Virus record (IMG/VR): IMGVR_UViG_3300044949_001245
Span: 1-64,000 of that record
Origin: a virus
DNA length: 64,000 nt
Direction: 5' to 3' (one strand)
The position numbers and the translations under genes are program-made. The notes beneath the pieces are model-generated. The model saw only the letters and a program-made list of their open reading frames with translations, was not told the origin of the DNA and searched no databases. The first letter of the stretch is position 1. Every line of letters starts with the position of its first letter. Below are positions 48,984 through 56,261 of the stretch, one piece after another.

Positions 48984-49461
48984 TGATGATTTTTTTTAAT
49001 TTCTCCACATAAACTTTGTCAGAGGCATATACAGATTGTAGCTTTCCGAAATACTCATCTTGAGTCAACCCTTTGGCGTACCTACATTGCCAAATAAGAT
49101 AGTCCATCATACATTCTTTCCAGCTAGTATAAATCGCATAGCCATCTTTCTTACCAATAGCTGTAGTTGGTCTTTGAGCAGCCAATCTCATCCCGACTAA
49201 ATTGTTGTTGTTTTTAGCAACAGATGATTTCAAGTTTCCGCTTTCTAGCATAACCTGAGCTACAACTACCTCTGGGTGCTCAAACTTACAACGCTTTACA
49301 AACTTTTCTACATTCTCTATCGTCAAGGTGTCTTCATCGCAAGTGATGTTGAGTTCATAACTTACATTTTGCTTTACTGTCTTTCTCAACTTTAGCGAAA
49401 CGCCAAGCGCAACAACAGCAAGTATCAAGGCTGTGATGCTAGTTACATTTTTGAAATTCAT
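48970..49461 (-). CDS. Glucosaminidase (GH73-like) domain protein with N-terminal signal anchor
   Basis: AQVMLESG..S...NNNLVGM, YAIYTSW, YASDKVY; TM ITALILAVVALGVSL. Confidence 0.85.
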   Translation of the reverse strand: MNFKNVTSITALILAVVALGVSLKLRKTVKQNVSYELNITCDEDTLTIENVEKFVKRCKFEHPEVVVAQVMLESGNLKSSVAKNNNNLVGMRLAAQRPTTAIGKKDGYAIYTSWKECMMDYLIWQCRYAKGLTQDEYFGKLQSVYASDKVYVEKLKKIINGRI

Positions 49462-49464
49462 AAT

Positions 49465-49719
49465 TTACAATTTTAGAAAGTTTAACAATTTCGCTCCATA
49501 GTTAATCAGTATCAACCTCGTGGTTTCTTTACCGACTTTCTGAGGAACAAATCTCACTCTAGTGTACTGCGCTCTACCTGATGAGTACACTAACTTAAAC
49601 TCTGTATCTCCATCCAAAAGAATGTTACAAAGTTCCTTCAAGTTGCTTCCTATACAATGTTGTTTAGTTGCTTCCTTGAGTTGCTTCTGAATTGCTAGTT
49701 TCCACGTTTCCATCTTCAA
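49465..49719 (-). CDS. Hypothetical protein
   Basis: 84 aa; fills the gap; overlaps the upstream ORF. Confidence 0.55.
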   Translation of the reverse strand: MKMETWKLAIQKQLKEATKQHCIGSNLKELCNILLDGDTEFKLVYSSGRAQYTRVRFVPQKVGKETTRLILINYGAKLLNFLKL

Positions 49720-50152
49720 ACTTTATTTTATATTCATACAAATAGCGGAAAATGGTTCGTCCATCCTCCGCTTTATTCTCATCATTTACATTCACCACCA
49801 ACTCAACCTTAATTCCCTCAGGCAAATTCATAGACTTGATTTGCTGTTCTGTCAGTTGTTTGAAATCTAGGTATCTGAGAGTGACGAAATAGTCCTCATC
49901 ATCCAGCGTCAGTTTACAATCAGACCACGCCATTCTGGAGTAATCTTTAATACACCTCTCCACCAACTCATACAGGTCTATGTCGCCAGCATCTACATCC
50001 TTATATCCATCCCCTCCGCATTCCTCACATTCGTGAGTTTCATAACATCCGCCACAACACATAGACATCGGCTTGAAGCATGTTGGTCCAACTTCTACTT
50101 TTCCCTCACCGCCACATTCAGGGCAGTCTAGCCTTATATTCATTTGTGCCAT
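49664..50152 (-). CDS. Hypothetical protein with DnaJ-type CxxCxGxG zinc-finger motifs
   Basis: CPECGGEG...CCGGC...CEECGGDG. Confidence 0.7.
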   Translation of the reverse strand: MAQMNIRLDCPECGGEGKVEVGPTCFKPMSMCCGGCYETHECEECGGDGYKDVDAGDIDLYELVERCIKDYSRMAWSDCKLTLDDEDYFVTLRYLDFKQLTEQQIKSMNLPEGIKVELVVNVNDENKAEDGRTIFRYLYEYKIKFEDGNVETSNSEATQGSN

Positions 50153-50154
50153 GG

Positions 50155-50511
50155 TTACCAAGTTTTGGGATATTTGTCTAAAATGTGTTGAGGATACAAT
50201 CTGCCCCCTCCGTTACCAAGCACATCTTCCCACCATCTTATTCCAGCCTGAAGTCTTGGTACGGCAAACTTCGTTACATCCTCATCATGCACAAAGAAAA
50301 ATAAATCATTTCGGTTGCCTGTATCGGGCACCGCCACTCCGTACATATCTTGGTCAGGCAAGGTCTTAACTTCCTCTGCCATCTTGATACGAACTCCGTT
50401 AAATTTTTCCGCAATCCAGTTCTCAAATTCTTGGAAACTGAACTGTCCATCTTCATCAGCCAGTATTACACCAGGCCATACGCAAAGCTGCTTAAAATTT
50501 TCCATTTTCAA
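50155..50511 (-). CDS. Hypothetical protein
   Basis: 118 aa; ATG with A-rich leader. Confidence 0.75.
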   Translation of the reverse strand: MKMENFKQLCVWPGVILADEDGQFSFQEFENWIAEKFNGVRIKMAEEVKTLPDQDMYGVAVPDTGNRNDLFFFVHDEDVTKFAVPRLQAGIRWWEDVLGNGGGRLYPQHILDKYPKTW

Positions 50512-50535
50512 ATTGTTTTAGTTATTAACTTTGTT

Positions 50536-50565
50536 AAAAAAAATGGGGGGCATTTCACCCCCCTT
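50536..50565 (-). terminator. Rho-independent terminator
   Basis: Minus strand GGGGGG-UGAAAUG-CCCCCC-A-UUUUUUUU right after the stop at 50570. Confidence 0.85.
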
Positions 50566-50569
50566 TGTT

Positions 50570-50932
50570 TTATTCTTGTTCGTTGTTACTTGGTAGTAAC
50601 TCCCTGATTGCGCTGTAGCATTCTACATTAGTCAGCGTGGGAAATCTCCTACTCATGAAGTCATAGGTCTTGCAAGATAGCTTCCAAACCATAGTATCGT
50701 CACAAGGAACATCCGTGCGCCCTAGCTGTCTAGCAACCCATCCCTTAACTAATGAGATGTTGTCAAGGTGAGCTACAAATCCTTGCTCCACTATATCCTT
50801 GTGGAACTTTCTTTTACCCAGTTGTTCCATTTCTAGTACAACAAGGTCATTTTCCAATCCTAGAAAGGTTGCCATTCTTCCATCCTTTTTACTCTGGATT
50901 GCTTTTGCGGTGATTAAGTCTGCTAGTGTCAT
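50570..50932 (-). CDS. Hypothetical early protein
   Basis: ATG 50932 (MTLADL) downstream of a host-type promoter; monocistronic unit with its own terminator. Confidence 0.75.
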   Translation of the reverse strand: MTLADLITAKAIQSKKDGRMATFLGLENDLVVLEMEQLGKRKFHKDIVEQGFVAHLDNISLVKGWVARQLGRTDVPCDDTMVWKLSCKTYDFMSRRFPTLTNVECYSAIRELLPSNNEQE

Positions 50933-50942
50933 GTTTTTGAAA

Positions 50943-51002
50943 TTTTTTAAGTTTAACAATCAATTCTGAAGTAAAGGTAAATGTAAATTTACAATCTACA
51001 AA
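50943..51002 (-). promoter_or_regulatory. Bacteroidota-type (early) promoter and leader, copy 1
   Basis: TTTG (50999-51002), N19, TACCTTTA (50972-50979). 37 bp (50943-50979) identical to 55938-55974. Confidence 0.8.
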
Positions 51003-51029
51003 ATTTTTTTCAAACTTTTTTTGAAAAAA

Positions 51030-51281
51030 TCATGAAATAATTTTTTTCAGCTCATTTTTAACACGTTTCGCAACTTCCCCTCTCCAAGTTGCTGCGTTGG
51101 ATAGGAAATATCTCACGATGGAATCACCTGTGTCCATTCCGTAATTATCCCCGACCTGATTCAAACTAGACATCGCATCTAGGTATGGTTCAGCGCCAAA
51201 ATATACCTTTTTCCAATCCGACCTGACTTCAGCCGCAATTTCGTAAAGTGGTCTGTGTGGTTTACTTTCGTTTCTAGCCAT
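51030..51281 (-). CDS. Conserved-looking phage hypothetical protein
   Basis: 83 aa; RPLYEIAAE..SDW..VYFGAEPYL..YFLSNAATWRGE. Confidence 0.8.
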   Translation of the reverse strand: MARNESKPHRPLYEIAAEVRSDWKKVYFGAEPYLDAMSSLNQVGDNYGMDTGDSIVRYFLSNAATWRGEVAKRVKNELKKIIS

Positions 51282-51294
51282 TTTTATTCCGTTT

Positions 51295-52239
51295 TTAATT
51301 AACTGTACTAGTCATAGCATAAACAGCCATATCTCGCCAATCCTCTCCATTCTCTGGGTCAACTCGCATACTAATGACTTTTATCAAAGTCCTAAAATTC
51401 AAGTCACCACAACTTTTATGATATTCCTCTATCAAATCAAGACATTCCTCTTTCTCTTCAATCGACACATCTGGTCTGATGTGTCCTAGTATTGCCCTCA
51501 TCCTTTCAATTTTAACAGGATTGGTCATCGTCAAATCAATACTCATTGACCTAGATAGAATTGCTTGGTCAATTTTCTCTTGCGGTAAATTGCTGATGAA
51601 GATTATTCGCCCCTCAAATACAAAATCAGATGGCAAATCAGGCAACTCTTTACTAGTTATCCAATGTATTCTGCGCTCATCGTATGAGTCCAGAGCACCT
51701 TTCAATAAATTTTTTGCCGTTGGGTCTTTCAAAACTTCATCGCAATCATCAAAAACAATCAGCTTGTCTGAATTTTCATAAAGTGTTCTATACAATCCAC
51801 GTGGCGTTGAGTACCCTTTGACGATGATGAAATCATAGTCCTCAACTAATTGCTTTTTGAGAATTTCTTGTTTTACAGTGTAGGATTTTCCCAAACCGCC
51901 CTCGCCAGTGATTATCATAGACACGGCTGTCTTCTTGATTACCATTTTAATCATGTTCTCAAGAAATCTAAACTTGTCATTGATGTTGAATTGACTTGGT
52001 GGCGTCAAAGGAACAACTTGCTCTCCGATGTCAGTTGTTGTTTGATTGCCTACCACTTGAATATCATCTGGAGAAACAAATTTGATTTTGTTCATTTGTC
52101 GGTCAAACTTCCGACCATCCGCTGTTTCAATGGTGTGATATCCGTTTCTGCCAGCCTTGACATATTTTCCGAATAAAACTTCACCATCCCTTGACCTGAT
52201 TGATACAGGTGTTCCTGCTTTAATAGCAATGTCCATCAT
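51295..52239 (-). CDS. AAA+ ATPase
   Basis: GEGGLGKS, LIVFDDCDEVL, LLKGALDS, FEGRIIFISN, AILSRS. Confidence 0.88.
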   Translation of the reverse strand: MMDIAIKAGTPVSIRSRDGEVLFGKYVKAGRNGYHTIETADGRKFDRQMNKIKFVSPDDIQVVGNQTTTDIGEQVVPLTPPSQFNINDKFRFLENMIKMVIKKTAVSMIITGEGGLGKSYTVKQEILKKQLVEDYDFIIVKGYSTPRGLYRTLYENSDKLIVFDDCDEVLKDPTAKNLLKGALDSYDERRIHWITSKELPDLPSDFVFEGRIIFISNLPQEKIDQAILSRSMSIDLTMTNPVKIERMRAILGHIRPDVSIEEKEECLDLIEEYHKSCGDLNFRTLIKVISMRVDPENGEDWRDMAVYAMTSTVN

Positions 52240-52289
52240 AATTTTGAAATGTTTACAATTTTGAAAGTAACATACTAAACTTTGTAAAT

Positions 52290-53309
52290 TTAGTATGTTC
52301 TATGAAGTGTAAAATTCTTACATTGGATTGAGTCATGTATTTCAGTCTGACCCCATTGCGCTGTTATTGACAAGGTATTTGGAATTGTTGTATCCAAAGC
52401 TTCAACGCTGCTAAACATCATCCCTTTTAGTTGTCCTTGGTTATCGGTGTATAATATAGAACCAAAACAACTGATTTTCCCAGACACACCTAATTCATTG
52501 ATTGTAAATGACATTCTAATCTGAAATGTTCCATTAGTGGCATGACTCATTGACATTTCACCACTACTAGCCAAAAGTTGCGTGCCCGATGTTATGTTTA
52601 TTTTAAGTAAATGTCCGTTTTGAGTTGACAATATTCCGCTCAAAATTGCTTCAAATGAATCACCGACCTTAAATCCATCTGCCCGCACGTACAAACTCCC
52701 TACCCCTGCCCCAATCAGTTCGCCCGCAACTGTAGTGTTAGCAATTATTTGACCATCTGTTGTTTGAGCAAAAAGTCCTGTGTTTAGTGAGTTCAGAAAA
52801 TGCCAACCCTTATTTCCAAAAGCATCGGTTGAATATACTTTATTTGGGTCTGGCAATTCCTCATCAGCAACCAGCTGTATGTACCCTCCATCATCCTGAA
52901 TAGAATTTTTTTGAGCAGTGACGTCACGCTTGTTTTGCCACAAATCTGTAATGTCGGCTACAATTTGACTTATCAAACGCTCATCAGGAATGTATGGCTT
53001 ATTAAAAACTTGATTATTTCCATCTGTTGAATTCCAATCAACAGGCTGCTCTTTTAATGAATATCCAACACCTAGACTGCGCCAATAACTTGCGTCTGTT
53101 GGTGGTATTGAATCATTGTTCGCTATACAAACATAAATCTGTCCTCTGTACCAAACTAAATCCCCGATGAGATATGGGTTGCCAGTAGCATCTGAATGGT
53201 CAGCTGAAAATGGAAGTGCGGTCAGAACGACAGTACCACCGCCACCGCCACCGCCATCTGACTCATCTTTTAATCGCAATCTGTTTAACAGATAGTCAAA
53301 AAATATCAT
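52290..53309 (-). CDS. Putative virion protein with carbohydrate-binding (CBM5/12-like) motif
   Basis: Poly-Gly linker, then YLIGDLVWYRGQIYVC...PP...YW. Confidence 0.6.
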   Translation of the reverse strand: MIFFDYLLNRLRLKDESDGGGGGGGTVVLTALPFSADHSDATGNPYLIGDLVWYRGQIYVCIANNDSIPPTDASYWRSLGVGYSLKEQPVDWNSTDGNNQVFNKPYIPDERLISQIVADITDLWQNKRDVTAQKNSIQDDGGYIQLVADEELPDPNKVYSTDAFGNKGWHFLNSLNTGLFAQTTDGQIIANTTVAGELIGAGVGSLYVRADGFKVGDSFEAILSGILSTQNGHLLKINITSGTQLLASSGEMSMSHATNGTFQIRMSFTINELGVSGKISCFGSILYTDNQGQLKGMMFSSVEALDTTIPNTLSITAQWGQTEIHDSIQCKNFTLHRTY

Positions 53310-53560
53310 CGTGAATATGTTAATGAAGTCCTATTTGACCATGCGCTTTCAAATGTTGATTTTCCGTTGGCATACTCTGGTCTAGTCAGACCACCAACTA
53401 CAGTGATACGAATGATTAACCATTTCGGCTCACTCTCTCTCACTCCTAAATCCTCTGTGTATCCTACATAAGTAACTCCGCCACCGACATCATCCGTAAT
53501 CGGCATAGGTAATGAGTTCAGATATTCTTGAACTACAGCTGCTCTTTTGCTAGCAATCAT
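53306..53560 (-). CDS. Small putative virion protein
   Basis: 84 aa; TYVGY...WLIIRI...ANG..FESAWSNRTSLTYS. Confidence 0.65.
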   Translation of the reverse strand: MIASKRAAVVQEYLNSLPMPITDDVGGGVTYVGYTEDLGVRESEPKWLIIRITVVGGLTRPEYANGKSTFESAWSNRTSLTYSR

Positions 53561-53581
53561 CGCTTTATCTTTTGTTAGTTA

Positions 53582-54388
53582 TTAAAATTTCAAAGCCAAC
53601 ATTTGGTCTGGCGTCAACTCATACGTTTTGTTCTCTTGGATGTGATTTTCGTACAATTCCAGAGTCAAAATTTCAGCACAGTTATCAATCCAATCGTGAA
53701 CCAGTCTGTTGTATTTTGCGTTGGTATCTGCTTCCTCTTGACTATTACAAGGTTGACAATCAGAGCCTGACTCTCCACAGATTGTTGCTTTGCCCTCGCC
53801 AGTCTGGTTTGAGTAATAAGTTTGGTTCCAGTTAAACAACTTGTATGGCACCTTAACACGTTCCTTTACTCCGTACAAATATGGCTTTTCTGTCGGCATG
53901 GTTGTGAAGTGTTCCTGACACTCCGAAATTTGTTTTTCAATACCCATGTTCTCTTTTTCAATTCTGTTTTTTTCATCCATCACTTTCATGATGATGTCTT
54001 TTCCAGATTTTGAAAATTTGAAAGCATTCGTTCCGTATGAAAACGCATCAGTCACATGAGACTTCTCCAAAACGTAAACATGCTTGAAAGAACCAAGTCC
54101 ATCAGCCACCTTTACTTTCGCCATCTGGCTCATAGTTTCTTTAGCCTTTAGAACAAGGTCATTTGCTTCTTGTGTGTCGTTGAAACCGCCTTTGACGATG
54201 GTTCCACCAACAGTGTCGTTCACTTTCTTAATGTAGGCTTCAATAGAACTTTTTTCAAAAACCAAATATGCCTCAGATGGATATTTCTTTTGAAAATCCT
54301 TCATCGTCATTCCCTTTTCGATATTGGTAAAACCAGACAAATTTATTTTGCCGTCAAAGTCCTCTGCTGTTAGAAATTCTTTTGTCAT
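53582..54388 (-). CDS. Putative capsid-internal protein (multiple xKG/KA/KS motifs)
   Basis: ATG 54388 (MTKEFL); NIEKG, TIVKG, VLKA, VLEKS; late motif upstream. Confidence 0.65.
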   Translation of the reverse strand: MTKEFLTAEDFDGKINLSGFTNIEKGMTMKDFQKKYPSEAYLVFEKSSIEAYIKKVNDTVGGTIVKGGFNDTQEANDLVLKAKETMSQMAKVKVADGLGSFKHVYVLEKSHVTDAFSYGTNAFKFSKSGKDIIMKVMDEKNRIEKENMGIEKQISECQEHFTTMPTEKPYLYGVKERVKVPYKLFNWNQTYYSNQTGEGKATICGESGSDCQPCNSQEEADTNAKYNRLVHDWIDNCAEILTLELYENHIQENKTYELTPDQMLALKF

Positions 54389-54416
54389 ATTTTCTAAATG
54401 TTTTTGCTTTATCAAG

Positions 54417-54429
54417 TAATAGCTGTTAA
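54417..54429 (-). promoter_or_regulatory. Candidate late promoter motif (TAACAGCTATTA)
   Basis: 11/13 match; 29 nt upstream of ATG 54388, just past the terminator. Confidence 0.55.
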
Positions 54430-54433
54430 TCAT

Positions 54434-54467
54434 AAAAAAGATAGGGTGACCTTTCAGCCACCCTATC
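54434..54467 (-). terminator. Rho-independent terminator of the early cassette
   Basis: Minus strand GAUAGGGUGGCU-GAAA-GGUCACCCUAUC-UUUUUU. Confidence 0.9.
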
Positions 54468-54502
54468 ACCGCAGAATTGATTGAAACTAAAATGTTCCAA
54501 GC

Positions 54503-55234
54503 TCAGTTGAGCATCTTTCTAGTAACTGGTTTTGAAGTTCCTGTTACCGCTTTATTTATTGTCACGCTTTTGCCAGTTTCCTTTCCTGAACTATATGCGC
54601 CACCCGCACTTGAATAGTTAGTTTTACGACCAGTTCCGCTACCACCCCAAGTCATAGTGACGTAATCGGAAATCACCACCTCATTCGTTCTGATAATAGC
54701 TGTAGAACTCTCATTAGCTTTTTCAAACTCTTCACGCTCTGATTTGAATTTTGAATAAAGCCCATCCGCACAACCTTTCAAGAAAGTTCTCATAAAGGTA
54801 TCTTGACCGACCGCAGTTGGATTATGTCTAGCATATTCCTTGTACTTTTCCTTTCCGACCTTTAGGAACACAGGCATCACAACTGTGTGAATGTATTTAC
54901 ATACTTCGATGTTATCTGGACTGCCTACAATAATCATTTTGTTTTCGCTAGCATTCCCCATCGTGTAAGCCTTACACCAATTAAACTTGGCTACAACGCT
55001 CATTACGTCAAAACTACTCCGACCTCCAATTCCAGGCACTTTCAGAGGCATCGTGTCGTGTATTATTTCAGCACGCACTTCATCCTCCGTCAAATCTGCT
55101 TTACTCAGATTGTATTCGTTGAGCAACTGTTGTACCTTTCTGGCGTAAATTTCTGCCTCTGCTATTGAGCCCATTGCTCTAGCTGACTCCGCATGAGCCA
55201 ATACTTTTCTGATTTTGTCAATTACTTTTTCCAT
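54503..55234 (-). CDS. DUF2786-domain protein
   Basis: IDKIRKVLAHAES...EAEIYARKVQQLLNEYNLS N-terminus; AYSSGKETG C-terminus. Confidence 0.8.
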   Translation of the reverse strand: MEKVIDKIRKVLAHAESARAMGSIAEAEIYARKVQQLLNEYNLSKADLTEDEVRAEIIHDTMPLKVPGIGGRSSFDVMSVVAKFNWCKAYTMGNASENKMIIVGSPDNIEVCKYIHTVVMPVFLKVGKEKYKEYARHNPTAVGQDTFMRTFLKGCADGLYSKFKSEREEFEKANESSTAIIRTNEVVISDYVTMTWGGSGTGRKTNYSSAGGAYSSGKETGKSVTINKAVTGTSKPVTRKMLN

Positions 55235-55238
55235 GTTC

Positions 55239-55457
55239 TTAATTTTTTACAGTTTCATAATTACCCTCTGGATTGAAGTTCTTCATCCATAAAGACACGA
55301 TGCGTCTTGCCTCACCTTTATTGAGTCCGAACTCATCCTCAACATATGGTGCTGCTCCGAACATATTAGTCACTCCTGACTCTCTCAAGTCATTCAAATA
55401 CTCACAAACATTTTTTTCTAGTTCTGTGGTTGGTCTTGTTTCTTGTGTTGTTTCCAT
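55239..55457 (-). CDS. Hypothetical phage protein
   Basis: YLNDLRESGVTNMFGAAPYV. Confidence 0.8.
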   Translation of the reverse strand: METTQETRPTTELEKNVCEYLNDLRESGVTNMFGAAPYVEDEFGLNKGEARRIVSLWMKNFNPEGNYETVKN

Positions 55458-55460
55458 CTT

Positions 55461-55718
55461 TTAATTTTTTACAGTTAAATAAAAATACAAATAATCATAA
55501 CGCTGAATAAAGTGGGTCAGCTGTTCCCTTAACTCTTGCGGTGTTTTTTCCGATGTTACCCATAGGCTAAAAATCCTTGCTCTGTTGTCCCAATGCTTCT
55601 CATAGTGTTGGAACGCTGACTTATCAAACCTCTTGATAACTCTGAAGGCAGCATCTATGGTGTTCCCCGAAATCATCCCAAAGTTGCTCTTGAATTCTAT
55701 GTGCATTCTTCTACTCAT
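55461..55718 (-). CDS. Hypothetical protein
   Basis: 85 aa; coupled by ATGA overlap. Confidence 0.7.
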   Translation of the reverse strand: MSRRMHIEFKSNFGMISGNTIDAAFRVIKRFDKSAFQHYEKHWDNRARIFSLWVTSEKTPQELREQLTHFIQRYDYLYFYLTVKN

Positions 55719-55930
55719 AACACCGCCCTCCTTACTGAATACCCATTACTACTGTAATCATCCATTACTACTCTGTAGCCATATATCACACTGCCTACAA
55801 GTTCCCCTAGATAGTCCACCCAACTGATTACATCCTCAGCGTGAGCTTTACTGTTCCACTTGGACCAGTCCTGTCTTGCCATTTGATACCACTCTTGGGC
55901 ATCTTTTGCGATTTTTTTCTTGGTTGCCAT
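55715..55930 (-). CDS. Hypothetical early protein
   Basis: ATG 55930 (MATKKK) after the promoter. Confidence 0.7.
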   Translation of the reverse strand: MATKKKIAKDAQEWYQMARQDWSKWNSKAHAEDVISWVDYLGELVGSVIYGYRVVMDDYSSNGYSVRRAVL

Positions 55931-55937
55931 TTGTCGT

Positions 55938-55997
55938 TTTTTTAAGTTTAACAATCAATTCTGAAGTAAAGGTATGTAAAAATTTACAAACGACAAA
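55938..55997 (-). promoter_or_regulatory. Bacteroidota-type (early) promoter and leader, copy 2
   Basis: TTTG (55994-55997), N19, TACCTTTA (55967-55974); leader identical to copy 1. Confidence 0.8.
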
Positions 55998-56002
55998 ATT
56001 TT

Positions 56003-56236
56003 TTAACAATTTTCTTTGAAAAATTTTGAGTTGGGCTGGTGCGAATTTATGAAATCCTCCAGTTTTTTCTGGGAAATCTCCAGTGTTTTTATGTGATTTT
56101 CAAGTTCCTTTTCGACCTCTTCCAGCCTTTCTTTCAGCTCAATAGCCTTTCTCATAGCATTTTCAACATTGCTTTCAGCTATAATTTTGGTCAATTTTAG
56201 CTTTTGATATAGTTCCTCTCCATGAGATAGCTTCAT
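56003..56236 (-). CDS. Coiled-coil hypothetical protein
   Basis: 77 aa with heptad pattern. Confidence 0.65.
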   Translation of the reverse strand: MKLSHGEELYQKLKLTKIIAESNVENAMRKAIELKERLEEVEKELENHIKTLEISQKKLEDFINSHQPNSKFFKENC

Positions 56237-56261
56237 GAACTAATTAACTATGAAATACTTA

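Noticed and set aside
54389-54469. N-terminal extensions given by the ORF track (also 60859-60903, 50933-50959, 55931-55954, 35902-35928)
   Set aside because: They run through terminators, promoters or neighbouring genes; downstream ATGs with A-rich leaders fit better.
54492-54617. Short hydrophobic plus-strand ORF (MFQAQLSIFL...) after the inverted leader copy
   Set aside because: It is antisense to the DUF2786 gene and no plus-strand promoter is visible; RNA pairing is the simpler explanation.
54694-54706. Late-motif match TAATAGCTGTAGA inside the DUF2786 gene
   Set aside because: No nearby start codon, and it lies upstream of a terminator; treated as a chance hit.
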